Part shown: piece by piece, positions 24,480 through 38,002 of the stretch
How the letters are laid out: every line of letters starts with the position of its first letter
Numbering within the stretch: the stretch's first letter is position 1
Assembly (NCBI RefSeq): GCF_006345805.1
Contig: NC_043001.1
Coordinates: forward strand, 72,726,001 to 72,790,000
Length of the DNA stretch: 64,000 bases
Origin: Octopus sinensis
Lineage: Eukaryota
Direction of reading: 5' to 3'
The notes under the pieces: generated by a model
What the model saw: only the letters and a program-made list of their open reading frames with translations
The model's database searches: none
Told to the model about the DNA's origin: nothing
Position numbers and translations under genes: made by a program

Positions 24480-25365
24480 AGAAGGCGTGGTTCTGTGGTA
24501 AGAAGTTTGCTTCGCAACCACTTGGTTCTGGGTTCAGTCCCACTGAGTGGTACCTTGGACAAGTGTCTTCTATAGCGCCCCACACATAATAATTAAGGGG
24601 GTTGCAGTCTGGAGAGTTAGGTGGCCAGATGTTAGGGGTGATGTCATCACAGAAATTGTCTGACAGTCATGACTGGGTTCTGCTTGTGTGGCATGGTGCA
24701 GAGTCCTGTTGCCAGAGATAGGGTCGTCCAGTAGCCATCCTCTTCACCCAAGGGAGCACTACTTCCTCAAGGCATTTTATGTAGACCTCCATGTTGAGTC
24801 TAAGGCCGTGTGGGAAGATGACTGGAGGCTTAACGTCGCCATCACTAGTGATCACTCCAAACATCATGATGTTGATTGGATGTTTGAATTTTATCACTCT
24901 CGGTACATGTTTTGGGGACACGGCAAGCAAACGGTTGTTCTGCATGTTCAGCATCTGTTCGTTTCCAAATTTCTGGCAGAGTGAATTGCATCATGGTGCT
25001 GTTTTTCTCACAGACGATGTCCAACTGACCCTACTATACTGTGAAGTTGACAAAATCAAAACTAAAAAAGCGCATGCGCGAAATTAAAAATATAAAATGG
25101 CGACAATTTATCCATCCCACCATATGTATGTGTGGGGGGATGGGGGTGCGCGCGTGTATCTTGGTATTTGTATCTTCCACCGCTGCTTGACAACTGGTGT
25201 TGATGTGTTTTCGTTCCCGTAACTTAGCGGTTCGGCAAAAAATCCGATAGAATAAGTACCAGGCTTAAAAAGAAAATAAGTACTGGGATCGATTAGTTCA
25301 TCTAAAATTCCTCAAGGCGGTGCCACAGCACGGCTGCAGTTCTAATGACTGAAACAAGTAGACTT
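24480..25365 (+). mobile_element. tRNA-derived SINE split by a mariner fragment
   Basis: Head ggcgtggttctgtggtaagaagtttgc..gggttcagtcccact; body and tail resume at ~25125 through cacggctgcagttctaatgactgaaacaag. Confidence 0.8.
24585..25123 (-). mobile_element. maT/mariner-type transposon fragment
   Basis: KFKHPINIMMFGVITSDGDVKPP..YLWQQDSAPCHTS..IWPPNSPDCNPLNY. Confidence 0.9.
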
Positions 25366-25835
25366 ATATTTTTAAATCATATGGTTCTAGTTTAGAGATT
25401 CTGGGAAATACTCACTTTGAAATAGTCTATATGAAACCGAGTGTTAAAACTCACGCTGTATGCTGTGAGTGTAGCGATGATGCGAAACCGAGACCCTGTA
25501 TACGCGGTTAGACATCACGAGCAAACCACCATAGTTTCACATGATCGGTCTATTAACTGAACAGTTAATGTGAAGCGAAGGTATGGACAAGGTTTTCTCG
25601 AACACTCTAGAATTTGATTTTCTGGTTCCCTGTAGATGCTGTTCGTTGCACATTTTTACAGCCAGGCAGCGCAAGCAAATGACCCATGAAGACAGCCAAG
25701 ACAGATGGCTCGGGCAGATTACCAAGAATCTCCGCCGCCACGAAGATAGCACAATTGTTTACAGATCTGTTAAACAATTCGCATGTTGTCTTACTGCAAT
25801 CTCAGAGTAGTATATCTCTCGCTCACTCACTCTCC

Positions 25836-25884
<49 letters not shown>

Positions 25885-26119
25885 TATTTCTGTTGTTAAC
25901 TATAAAGGCCAACGCATTTTGTCTTTATGTGCGACAATAAATTCTTTTGTTAAATGTTCTTTATACAGCCAAAAAATACATATTTTCATTCATTAACTCA
26001 ACCAACTACAACAGCATGGACGAAGCATCATAAGGCCAATCGTGACACGAGGATCATTTTGTCAAAATAAATAAATAAATAAATAATTAAATAAATAAAT
26101 AAATAAACGCACTGGTTTT

Positions 26120-27915
26120 ATTTCATTTAATTATATCCAGATTGTATCTAGACAGAGTATTTGTTAAGTCAGCGGATAGGGATAGCATAGGGTGCCCACA
26201 ATTCAAATTGGTCGGCTACGCAGACCACAAATTTGTGATCTGCACAGTCGATTTAGATAGGACTTGTAGACAGGGACCCAGTTACTGGAAGTTGAACGTG
26301 TCCTTTTCGATGCGCAATGACTACAAGGACCGGATTAGCTAACTAGTTAGCGGCAGTTGACGGGGACAATCGTCAACAAACGGTGGCGGATAGCCCTGAA
26401 GAGGGCAATTGGAGCAGAATCGATAGCGTTTAGTAAAGAGTTAGCAATATAAAGAAATAGATTAGAGGGAGAACTAGTTAGTAAACTGGAAGAGGCAATC
26501 GCGATTGACGTGTTAGCAGCGAGAATGACTCTTGACCATTTCTTTGAGATGAAACACGAAGGATGCGTTGCCAGAGCTAAAGCCCGTGCGCTAAAACATG
26601 AGGGAACTAAAGCCGTCCGATGGGCCAGAATGGTGGAGACGCGACGTGGCAGCAAAACCACGATTGGGTCTTTGACCAGCGGTTCTCAAACTTTTCAAAA
26701 AAATTTACGTGCCGATCCCCTTACACATTTTTCGATGATTCGCTGTCCTTATAAAATTCAGGATAATTAGCATGAAAAAAATGACATGCATTCGTGTACC
26801 GAACTTTCTGAACTATGAGCCGGGCTAAGAATGGGTGTCTGGCAAAGGGCAAAGTCATGCGGGAACATGCACCGGTGAGGATACCGACGGCGAGAGACAT
26901 GCAAACGTGTGGATTGCAATAGTGGAGTGGTGAATCATGTGAGCATAGAATACCGACAGCACATGCACAATCAACCGTAATACCCGCATATTTTCCATCG
27001 GCCAGTCACACCTGTTGTACAAGTGTAATTAGCAAATGAGCGTGTTGGAGAGGCGTGGTGTTTTGAGGTCAACGACAAAAAAAGATGATAGCATGCGAAA
27101 AATTGAAAGTCTTGAAATGAGCAGAGAGGAAACTGTTCTTGAAAGGTCGGGCAGAGTTGGCGAATGCCTGCATCGCCTCTGTCATCATTTATTGTCTGAT
27201 CGTCGTGCCTTACCCTAGTTATTGCTTGATCAAGTTGGAGCGTCTCTTGTTCACTTTCTTGTGGAAAGGACGCGTTCCAATGATCAGGCGGTCAGTCTGC
27301 TGCCAATTCCCTCTGCGTGGTGGATTAAGCATGCCGTGGCTTTTAATGAGCAAACACGCGCTTAGGTTGCGCCACCTGCAACGATTTCTAGATAGTAAAC
27401 GTGTGTGGGCTCCATCTGTGAAGCACGTCTTTCCGCATCTCGTCTTTTTCACGGAGCTGCAGTCCTGGGTGAAGGATAGTCCAAGACTGGGCGCCTGGCA
27501 CCCAGAATGTCGTCAGGTGCTCACTGTCCTCTAGCAGTCGAGCAATAGGATCGGTGGATGTTCCATTTTAGCTATATATAGAGGAATAGTGGAGGGGAAG
27601 TGCGACGACGTCCTCGAGGAGACTCTAGGCGTCGACGAACACGAACCGGCTAGTCTGTTCCGGAGGAATTTTCGGTCGGGGATTATTATGAATAATTTCC
27701 AGGTGTCTTTGATTCGGCAGTGCTACCGGAGGTCGCTACTGGTTCGAGATAAACTCTACAGGCATGGATGTGCTGTCAGATGGGCTTGTCTGAGGTGCAC
27801 TCCGCTAGTCAGTAATGCCCGGGCATTACTGACTAGTGGAGTTATGTCGAACAGCTGCTGTCTCGTGTGAGATGGATCCGTCTGTCAGCCGAGTCCATAA
27901 TGATGATTGCCCCGC
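26120..27915 (+). pseudogene. Tx1/L1-clade LINE ORF2 remnant; RT core missing, interrupted at 26677-27135
   Basis: YLDRVFV..ADHKFV..GPSYWKLN (APE end); LKGRAEL..FLWKGRVP..PLRGGLSMP; VRDKLYRHG..CLRC. Confidence 0.85.
26677..27135 (+). mobile_element. hAT-like one-ended fragment
   Basis: Begins CAGCGGTTCTCAAACTTTT, a Charlie-type TIR; no second TIR seen. Confidence 0.55.
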
Positions 27916-28063
27916 CGGGCAGAATGGTTAGCACACCGAGGAAAATTCTTAGTGGTATTTCGTCACTTTTTACATTCTGAGTTCAAATTCCGCCCAGGTC
28001 GATTTTGCCTTTCATCGTTTCGGGGTCGATAAAATAAGTACCAATTGAGCACTGACGTCGATG

Positions 28064-28065
<2 letters not shown>
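27915..28065 (+). mobile_element. SINE with conserved central domain (copies at 29570-29815(-), 30495-30650, 30970-31170, 37025-37215, 40055-40235(-))
   Basis: ggcagaat..gagttcaaattccgcc.aggtcga.tttgcctttcatc.tttcggggtcgataaaataagtacca is shared by these copies. Confidence 0.85.
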
Positions 28066-28130
<65 letters not shown>

Positions 28131-28140
<10 letters not shown>

Positions 28141-28260
28141 TGTACATTTAAACACGCAAGAGATGGCCATAATAGGACATCTGACTCGCTAGAAAGAGTA
28201 GTTAAATGTCAGGTGTCCTATTATGGCCATCTCTTGTGTTTAAATATACACTGTATATAT
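28131..28260. repeat. Inverted repeat/hairpin (~54-bp arms, ~22-nt loop)
   Basis: atatatacagtgta..aagagatggccataataggaca.ctgac / gtcag.tgtcctattatggccatctctt..tacactgtatatat. Confidence 0.9.
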
Positions 28261-28388
28261 GAATACAGTGTATATATGAGTACACTGTATATATGAATAA
28301 TATATAGTCTATTGACTAATTTTTCCTTCTGGCTAGACCACTGGTAGCAAAGAATCTTTCTAAAAAATTTTTGCTACCCTAAGATTTA

Positions 28389-28417
<29 letters not shown>

Positions 28418-28419
<2 letters not shown>

Positions 28420-29314
28420 GGTGTTCGGTTTAAATTTGACAATGTGTATAAAGGGAAAAGAACACAATATCGCATCCAAAACTAAAAGTATTTTTTAAAA
28501 TTCAAAAAATTTCAGTTAGTTTATGGCTGGGAAATGGTTTACTCGTTTACTCACAGCAGCCGACCTCAGCTTGCACCAATGCCTCAAGACGGCTCCGGCA
28601 CCTTGTCATGCGTTCTTTAGTGTATTTCTGGGAAGATCTCCGAACACCTCCTTGACTTTGGTCACCAGTTTGAACTTGGTGTTGCAGGCGGAACGGTTAA
28701 TGTCTCTTTCAACTGCGCCCCACACGTAGTAATATATAGGATTACAATCAAGGGAATTTGGAAGCCAGACATTGAGGCTGGTGAAGTTGTAGAAATTCTC
28801 CGACAACCACTTCTGACTCATTCCGGAGGTATGGGAAAGAGCTGAATTCAGCTGCCACACATGGCCTTCCAGCAGCAACACTCCCCGGCAAGAGTTCGAC
28901 CACAGTTTCCAGTAGTTTCACATAGCCGTCTGAATTGAGCTTAAGACTCTGTTCAACGGTGTGGGGATGTTTTCCGGCGAACGGACGCAGTCAGAACGCC
29001 TTATTTGCTAGCCACAACCTCGTAGTCTCTGTTGCGTTGCAGCTGTCTGTATTACGTTTTTACAGCCTTTACAGTGTCCACAGAGCATTGAGCAAAAATC
29101 ACGTCAGCATGTTGATATTCGGCATGAATCATCATGATATCGCTAACTCTTTTCCAATATTCAGATGGCTTCCAATCTTCCATGTCAGTTAACTTTTCTT
29201 GACTACAGTTTTAATCTTTATGCTCTCCAACGCCGTTCATTGTTCACCAAAAAGATCAAGCTGCTCCTGAAAAAAAAACATAAAAAGTGGTCGAATTTCG
29301 CCGGAGCACCCTGT
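28418..29314 (-). mobile_element. maT/mariner-type transposon remnant
   Basis: WLSENFYNFTSLNVWLPNSLDCNPIYYYVWGAVERDINRSACNTK; terminal cagggtgctccggcgaaattcgacc on minus. Confidence 0.85.
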
Positions 29315-29330
29315 GTGTGTGTGTGTGTCT

Positions 29331-29361
<31 letters not shown>

Positions 29362-29871
29362 CGTGCGTGTGTGCATGCGTGTGTGTGTGTGTGTGTGTGT
29401 CCACCACTGCTTAACAACCAGTATTACTTTGTTTACGTCCCCGTAACTTGGCGATTTGGCAAAAGAAATCGATAACATAAGTATGTCTCAAAAATAAATA
29501 CTGGGGTTGATTTGTTCGATAGACAGAAATATAGGTAGGTAGGTAGGGTCGAACTGAAAGAAAAAAAATTTAAATACTCTTTTTCTTTTTATTACCCACA
29601 AGGGACTAAACATGGAGGGGACAAACAAGGACAGACAAAGGGATTAAGTCAATTACATCGACCCCAGTGCGTAACTGGTACTTAATTTATCGACCCCGAA
29701 AGGATGAAAGGCAAAGTCAACCTCGGCGGAATTTGAACTCAGAACGTAACGGTAGACGAAACACTGCTAAGCATTTTGCCCGGCATGCTACCGATTCTGC
29801 CAGCTCGCTGCCTTCAAAGAAATTAAATACTCTTGACTGGCAAGTGACATCGACTGAGCCCTGTTACAGAC

Positions 29872-30172
29872 TAGTGGTGATGATGTGAGGAGGGATATTG
29901 GCTAATAGTGGTCTCGGTGTGAGGAATGGCTATTTGGTTAAAGGAGGTGTTGGTGATGTGAGTAGGGATATTGATTAATAGAGGTGACGATGATGATGGT
30001 GCGAGTAATAATAGTCGTTACTGATGTAGCGGTGGTGATGGTGTGAGTAGGATTATTTGGTTGGAGGATTTGGTAGTGTTGATAGTGGTGTGAGTAGGGT
30101 TATTTGGTGAAAGGAGGTGGTCGTGGTGTGAGTAGGGATATTGGTTAATGGAAGTGGCGATAGTGGTGGCTA
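29872..30172. repeat. Degenerate G-rich minisatellite (~35-45 bp)
   Basis: Recurrent ggtgtgagtagggatattggttaa-like units, about 7 copies. Confidence 0.75.
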
Positions 30173-31369
30173 GGCAGCCAATGACATAGTTTTTGTTGTT
30201 TTTATATATCACGCATCGTTTAACGCATGCGCTTTAATGCAATTAATTATCGTCTGCTCCACTGAAATTTGTAAAATATGGACAACGATTGACGATGAGC
30301 AAGAATGAAAAGGTTTATGGTAAGGCGTTTACATATTTTTTTCAAATAATAGCAATAAGATTTGTTGAAATATTTACCAAGGTACTGAAGCAGAATGGTA
30401 ATATGGGTAGTTGACTTGGTAGAAGTCCTCAAAATTATCCCGTTCTTTTTAATAACAACTTTGGCCATCTCTGATTTCAATATTTTTACGAGACGGCTAG
30501 CTGGCAGAACTGCTCGCCCACCGGGGGTAATGCTTAGCAGTATTTCGCCTGCCGTTACGTTCTGAGTTCAAATTCCGCAGAGGTCGACTTTGCCTTTCAT
30601 CCTTTCGGGGTCGATTAAATAAGTACCAGTTACGCACTGGGTCGATTATAATAGCATGGAATAAACTACCTACATCACTTCTAAGCTGTCAGGACACTTG
30701 ATCCTTCAAAAATTCCATACTTCCCGAAATTCACCAAACTACTCCTGATGTACCTACACACCCATTTCTCTTTATAACTCTTTTAAAGTTCATTTTTCTG
30801 TATTTGAGATGGTGGTGGTTTTGTATCGTGTCTGTACTTATAGCTTTCATTGCTGCTTTTTTTTCTTTTTTGTTGTTACTTATGTTTGCTTTCCGTCCCT
30901 GATTTTAACATTTTCTGGTGAGTCGTGGTACACCTGAGACCTGAAATACAATATCCTCATAATTATAGTTAAGCTGGTAGAATTGTTAACAGAGAATTCG
31001 ATTTCAGAACGTAAGGCCGGACAAAATGCTCAGTGCTATTTTCTCTCGGTTCTATGTTCTAAATTTAAATTGCCTTCCATCCTTTCGAAATCGATAAAAT
31101 AAGTACCAGTTGAACGCTGGGGCTGATGTGATCGACTAATTCCAACCGCCAAAAATTTCAGGCCGTCTGAAGAATTCTAACAGTTAAAATTGTTAACCTC
31201 TCGATGTAAAGTGAAAAAAAATATACAAAGTAGTAGATGTAAGAAATAGCTTTTAGAGATGTTTATTGAGATTGTACCATCAATGTTAGCTGTGTTTTCT
31301 TTTAGACCATGTCAAGAATCAAATACGTCAGAAAAATATATAATTCTGTCTTATGCTGGTCGTTTCGCT

Positions 31370-32065
31370 CGTCACACTGAGCTAAACTTAATTATTTAGC
31401 GGGCCCTGGCTCGGGTAAATATCCCCTCAGTTCTGAAACCGGCGAAATTATCCAGAAGTGATGGGAAGAGACCAGATTGGCTTATCCTGTGTCCCTAGGT
31501 AAAAGGTAGGTACCTAATCTGGGACGCCGGTCTGTGACTCCTTTGCACCAGCATCCTGGATGCGGTGGAAAATGGGAGGGTCACTACTTCCGTAGCTAAA
31601 CGGAACAAAATCCTTAAGTACCGGGACTTGTCAGTGAACCATTTCTTCCCCCACTATAGCGTTTGAGACTTTTGGAGGGGCTAGGTCGGTAACAGCGGAG
31701 TTCTTGTCATCGTTGGCGGCTCGCCATACCGAGGTGTCAGGTGATGCCCGTGAGGGTGCTTGGCTGTTTCAATACCTTAGCCTCGCCCTCGCCTGGTAAT
31801 ATTGCATGTGTGTTGGCTTGCTTATGTAGGTTCCTTTGAACCTTGAGGTGTACGACCAATTGAGGCACTTGGTGTTTTTTTTTCTTCTTTTTACTTTTTC
31901 TCCTTTTTCTTTCTTTCTTCCACTTTTAATTTTTTTTCTCCATTTTCTTTCTTTGCTCATGCTTGTTTTCTTCAGATTTTGATTTGTATTTCAACGTGGT
32001 TTTGTATTTTATATGTCTCATATATGTGCGTGTTATATTCCAATAAATTGTTATGAAAAAGTAAA
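31370..32065 (+). pseudogene. CRE-clade non-LTR retrotransposon 3' fragment (RLE domain plus UTR)
   Basis: RALARVNIPSVL..SRSDGKRPD..GRYLIWDA..KILKYRDL..IAFETFGG..SGDAREGAWLFQYLSLAL. Confidence 0.85.
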
Positions 32066-32686
32066 AAATCTTTTTCAAAGTAATCGTGGATGTCGTTATT
32101 ATCATATTAATGGGACATGGGAAGTGTCTTTAGTCTTATGTTAAAATTTGTTTCAATGCCCAGAAGATTGCAGAACTTGAAATACACTTGACTTTTTCGC
32201 AAGTTTTTTCCATATTTCCAGTTATAGAGATAACTGGTTTGTGTTGCATTTTGTGAAGAGAGCGAAGTACTGAAATTGTAGAAAAAGAAGTGTTGTTTCT
32301 CTTCTCCGGTTTCAAAATAACAATTTTAAAGTACAGAACTTTCAGCAAATTTAATTTTTCTACAAAATATATTTTTTTTCTCCTTCAAAACTTCTTTTCT
32401 TTTCTTCTTTTTTCTGGTTTGAATTCTAGATAGAGTTGTTTAGTATCGTAGTTTGTGCTACAGGGACAGAGAAATATTAAAATAATATCACGTCACAAGT
32501 AAACGTGCTTGATTGTGTTTATACAATCTAATCTTGTTCAAAATGTTAATGTTGGAAATTAATATATTTTTCTCGTAGGATTAAATTTTTTTTTCACTAG
32601 AACATATTGGTTAACTGAATTATTATACACTTATTTACATTTTTAAAGGACCGAGAGAAAGCCCGTGCGTTTTCCTACATGCCATA

Positions 32687-32808
<122 letters not shown>

Positions 32809-32866
32809 TAATTAGAGGATATATTAACCTCTTAAAGGATGATTACATCCAAGAAAACACTGATTC

Positions 32867-32915
32867 TATACCTTATGTTTTTGGGAAATAAAATTTCCCT
32901 AAATCAATAGGTATA
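32867..32915 (-). ncRNA. Highly degenerate hammerhead-like motif
   Basis: Minus strand: TATACCT-attgattta-GGGAAAT..ATTTCCC-AAAA-C-ATA-AGGTATA; stems intact, core decayed. Confidence 0.35.
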
Positions 32916-32974
32916 TATTAAATATATAATCCGTATTAAGTTAAGAGCAAAATGGAGAGTTAGTGATTAATATT

Positions 32975-35900
32975 AATGATGGTGTAGGGAGTGTAGGCAT
33001 ACTCTTTGCGGAGAAATGGTTGGATAAGGTCATAGAGGTTGTCAGGGTATGCGACAGAGTGCTTAAGCTCAGGCTAGTCCTGCAGAGCAGCACAGCTACA
33101 ATTATCTCTGCCTAGGTCCCACAAGCGGAACTACCAAATGATCAGAAGGACCATTTTTATGATACCCTTCTACAGGCTACCTCAAAGACGAGTGGCAATG
33201 ACCTCATCTTTGTGGCTGGATATTTTAATGGGCATGTTGGGCGGCAATCCAGTATCTTCACTGGTGTACACGGGGGCCATGGTATTGGTTCCCGGAACGA
33301 TTAGAGAACTAGGCTACTGGAGTTCTGTGATGCATGTAACCTTTTAATCTGAAACACTAAGTTCAGGAAGCCAGACAGCCAACTGATAGCCTATCAATCA
33401 GGGGACTCTGCTAGCCAGATTGATTTCATCCTCACCAGACAGCGGGACGCAGGGTTGCTCTTAAATACAAAGACCCTCCCTGGTGAGAAATGCCCCCCCC
33501 CCCCTAACATAGACTAGTCGTTAGTGACTTTTGACTCGAGCCCAGGATGATGCCAAGAAGCAGACCAATCCTAAAGAGAAGGATTTGGAAGCTAAAGAAC
33601 CCTTCACATGGTCAAAGATTTAGGGACATCCTCATCGAGAAATTTGATGAGAGGGAGAAGGAACTACAGTCCTCGGACATAGAAGATGGATGGAAATTCT
33701 TATGGGACAGCTTACTGAGTGCCACAGACCAAGTCTGCAGATGGTACGAAGTCCCTTCCAGACCGAGAGTAATGTGGTGGTGGAATAATATGGTAGACAA
33801 AGCCATCAGAGCAAAGAAATGGGCCTGGAAAACCTGGAAGGGTGGAGGTAGCAGGGAAGCATACCAGATAGCCAGAAGGGAGGCTAGGTGACAGATATAC
33901 AAAGCCAAAGGCGAAGCAGAAAAGAAGTTTGCCAATGTCCAGTGATGTGAGGACCAAAGAACTGAAGAATTCTGGATTTCAAGACAGTGTGTGAGAGAAA
34001 ATTGTGATGTCACAGGAGAGAAATGTGTCTGCATGGATGCTGGTGCACTTGCTTTTAATGATTCTTAAAAGAAAGAGGCTTGGAGAAGTCATTAAGAAAG
34101 ACTGCTGAACATGGAGAATGCATGGGAGGAGGAGAGCTTGCCAAATGTTGATCCAGCAGAGGGACCAGCTATCTGAATAGACAACACCCTAGTAGATAAA
34201 GCAATTAAGGATATGAAGCCAGGAAAAGCCCCTGGCCCATCAGGAATCACCGCTGAGATGCTTAAAACATCTAGTGGTGTGGGCTATGGCCTAGTCTCCT
34301 GCATTGTAAACCAGGTAGTTCATGATAGAGTCATGCCCAATGACTGGCGTAGCAGCACCATAGTCAACTGCTACAAGTGTAAAGGTGATGCTTTAGTTAG
34401 AAATAACTACAGGGGTATCAAACTGCTGGATGAGGTGATGAAGGTCACAGAAAGGGTCATAGCCCAACTAATTAGAGAGAGAGTCTGCTTAGATGAGATG
34501 CAGTCCGGTTTTGTGTCAGGTAGAAGCACCACTGATGCTATATTCCTGGTATGGCAACTGCAGGAGAAATACTTAGTCAAAGATAAATCCCTATATTTGG
34601 CTTTTGTGGACTTGGAGAAAGCCTTTGACAGGGTCCCCCGATCCCTTATATGGTGGGTGATGCAGAAACTGTAGATGATGGTTAATAAGGGCTGTACAGT
34701 TAGTAGAATTAGGATTGGAAATGAGTATAGTGAAGAATTCTGGGTAGAAGTAGGGGTCCACCAAGGATCAGCCCTCCGCCCCCTCTTATTCATCATAGTC
34801 CTCCAGGCCATAACAGAGGAATTCAAGACAGGTTGCCCCTGGGAACTCCTCTATGATGACCTGGCCCTCATAGAAGAATCACTACCAGAACTAGAGAAGA
34901 AACTTGAAGTGTGAAAGCAAGGTTTAGAATCAAAGGGCCTTAGAGTCAATGTTGCAAAGGCCAAAGTTCTAGTAAGTAGGAAGGTGAACATATCATACAA
35001 CCCTTCAGGTAGGTCGCACTGCTTGATCTGTAGAGAAAGTGTAGGTAGAAACTCCATAAGATGTACACAGTGTAAGCTATGGACACATAAGAGGTGCAGC
35101 AACATCAAATGAAGATTAACCAGGAAGAGAGCTTTCATGTGCAGCAGATGCACAGGGGCAATAAACACCACAGATGCTCAGAAAACAGATTCCATCATAT
35201 GCCAGGGTGACAAACTAGAAGTAGTTGATAGCTTCTGCTACCTAGGTGACCAAGTCTGTTGTGGGGGGTGGATGCTCAGAGGGTGTTACCACTAGAATAA
35301 GAATAGCCTGGGCAAAGTTCAGAAAGCTTCTACTACTACTGGTGACAAACGGCCTCTTGCTCAGAGTGAAACATAAATTGTATGACGCATGTGTGCAAAC
35401 TGCCATGCTTCACAGCAGTGAATCATGGGCTGTGACTGCTGAAGACATGCATAGGCTCGAAAGAAATGAAGCTAGCATGATCGGCTGGATGTGTAATGTC
35501 AGTGTGCACACATGACAGAGTGTAAGTACCCTGAGAGAAATGTTAGACATAAAAAGCATCGGATGTGGCATGCAAGAGAGACTTTGCATTGGTATGGTCA
35601 TGTACTGCGGATGGACGAGGAGAGCTGTGTGAAGAAGTGCCACTCCCAAACAGTGGAAGGAATCTGGGGTAGATTGAGACCCAAGAAGACATGGGATGAG
35701 GTGGTGAAGTATGACCTTCAAATGTTGGGCCTCACAGAGGCAATGGCAAAAGGCCAAGACCTCTGGAGGTATGCTGTGACTGAGAAGACCCGCCAAATAA
35801 AGTGAGTCCACAACTGTAGCCTACACCAGTGTTGCATAACCAACCCACTCAAAAAGTACCTTGGATCGTAGGGTGACATGCCATGCTTGAGGAGACCTAT

Positions 35901-36290
35901 TGAGTCAAGTGCATCAACATCAATATCAATAGCAATATCAAAATCAAATCAAATGGAAATTGTAGTTGTGAGCCCTGTGCCAGTAGCACGTAAAAAGCAC
36001 CATCCAAACATGGCTGATGCCAGTGCCGCTTTGACTAGCTTCCATGCCGGTGGTGCATAGAAAGCACCATCTGATCATGGTCGATGCCATCTCCTCTGGC
36101 CCCTGTGCTGGTGGCACATAAAAAGCACCCACTACACTCTCGGAGTGGTTGGCATTAGGAAGGGCATCCAGCTGTAGAAACACTGCCATATCAGATTGGG
36201 GCCTGGTGCAGCCTCTTGGCTTCTCAGACCCCAGTCAAACCATCCAACCCATGCCAGCATGGAAAACAGACGTTAAATGACGATGATGAT
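32975..36290 (+). mobile_element. RTE-clade LINE (5'-truncated; APE-RT with PHD insert; 3' UTR and (GAT)n tail), multiple stops
   Basis: GVGSVGIL, AGYFNGHVG, SQIDFIL, KAPGPSGI, NYRGIKLL, FVDLEKAFDRVP, GVHQGSAL, DDL, SFCYLG, GRLRPKKTWDEV. Confidence 0.95.
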
Positions 36291-37896
36291 AATCATTTCT
36301 TCCTACAGCTCTTTCCATTTATACTCATTGGATAACTTACAAATTTATGCATTAAATTTGCATTTATAAGTTATGATCAAAATATCATCAGGGAAAAATT
36401 AGACATTAAAAAATTACATGTTGACCTATCTGCTCATTCCAGCAGACTAAATATACGGGCTGCTTTGGGGATTCCGCTCTTTGATTTAGTGTCGAGTTAG
36501 TCTTTCTCTTTCCCAAGGCACTTACAAGGCAGTGAATGATTGTGCTTCAAGTAACTTCCATAACTTGCTAATTAAACCATAGCTCACACACACACACACA
36601 CACACATGCTGTGCTCCAGCATGGCCACAGCCTTAGGGCTGAAATGTATAGGAGAATAAAAGATTATGTATCTCAACGCTGGCTAAACTTTGATTCTCAA
36701 TTCTACCATGTGTAGCTCTTGTAATAATATTTGATTTCAGTGCTATTCTTCCTAAAACAGCTTTTACATCCTACTTTTAAGTATTACTAGTAAAAATGAT
36801 GAGTTTGTAGAAATCTTCCACAAGCAGACATTACAGATGTATATGGCTGTCAAATTTCTCTTAGACTGCATCTATTATCTTTAAGAAAAGGCCACAATGG
36901 GTTATACTATGCTGGAAAAAAAGAAACAGACTGGATGATTATGAGTGGAAAGTGTTTGGTGAAGGTCAGCTCCATCCGAATTGACCTAAAAACTAGACAA
37001 CAATCAATATGTAAATAGGTCCCTAAGGCAGTGATCTGGCAGAATTGTTAGCACACTGGGAATAATGCTTAGCGACATTTTGTTATTCATGTTCAAATTC
37101 CACCAAGGTTGACTTTGCCTTACATCCTTTTGGGGTCAACAAAATAAGTGCCAATTTAATTGACTTACCTCCTCTTCTAAACCTGCTTGCCTTGTGCCAA
37201 AATCTGAAACCAATATGTAAATAGGTCCTGTGATAACCTATATGTAAATAGGTACACTTTACAGTCAACAGAAACATTACAGAGCAGATTTCTCTTGCAA
37301 TGATACAAGGCAACATATATTTATATGGGACAAGTACATTCCAAAATTTATTTTATTGTCTCTAGAGGAATGAAAGTCCCATCAATGCCAGAAGAATTTG
37401 AACTCAGGGACACAACTGTTTGGTAAGACATGTTACTGCTTCTTTTGCCAACTATTTTAGCAGCTGATATTGTTAAGGACAACTCATATTTTAGCTCAAA
37501 AGAAAGTTTGGGGATATTACCAAAGTCCTTTTCTTAACATTTCCAGTACTAAAAAACACAAGAAAAGACCAGAAAGCTGAACTGCCACTGGTGTTGGTGG
37601 TGATGGTGGATTACTTTGCAGTAACCATTCTGACTTAATGTGCATTGAATTCATATCTCACCCAGGTTAACTTTGCTTTTCATCCCTCTGTAGTTGATAA
37701 AATAAAGAATCAGTCAAGTACAGGATTGATATAATGACCAATGGTTAACATGCAGTATTTAAAAAAAAATGAAATTAAATTGACCAGAAGTGATTCCATA
37801 ATTTCCATGCACAAACTGTAGAAGTTGTAATGAGACTTGTCTAGAAGTGGTCCACATAACAATGTGAACTATGACTACTACTACTACTACTACTAC

Positions 37897-38002
<106 letters not shown>

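Noticed and set aside
23611-25681. Two-exon small ORF (MQFLLTMSS..NLCP spliced to DAVRCTFLQPGSASK*)
   Set aside because: Plausible splice signals and compatible phase, but short, no homology recognised and expected by chance
32221-32234. X-box-like palindrome gttatagagataac near the CpG boundary
   Set aside because: Weak match to the RFX consensus and no identified downstream gene
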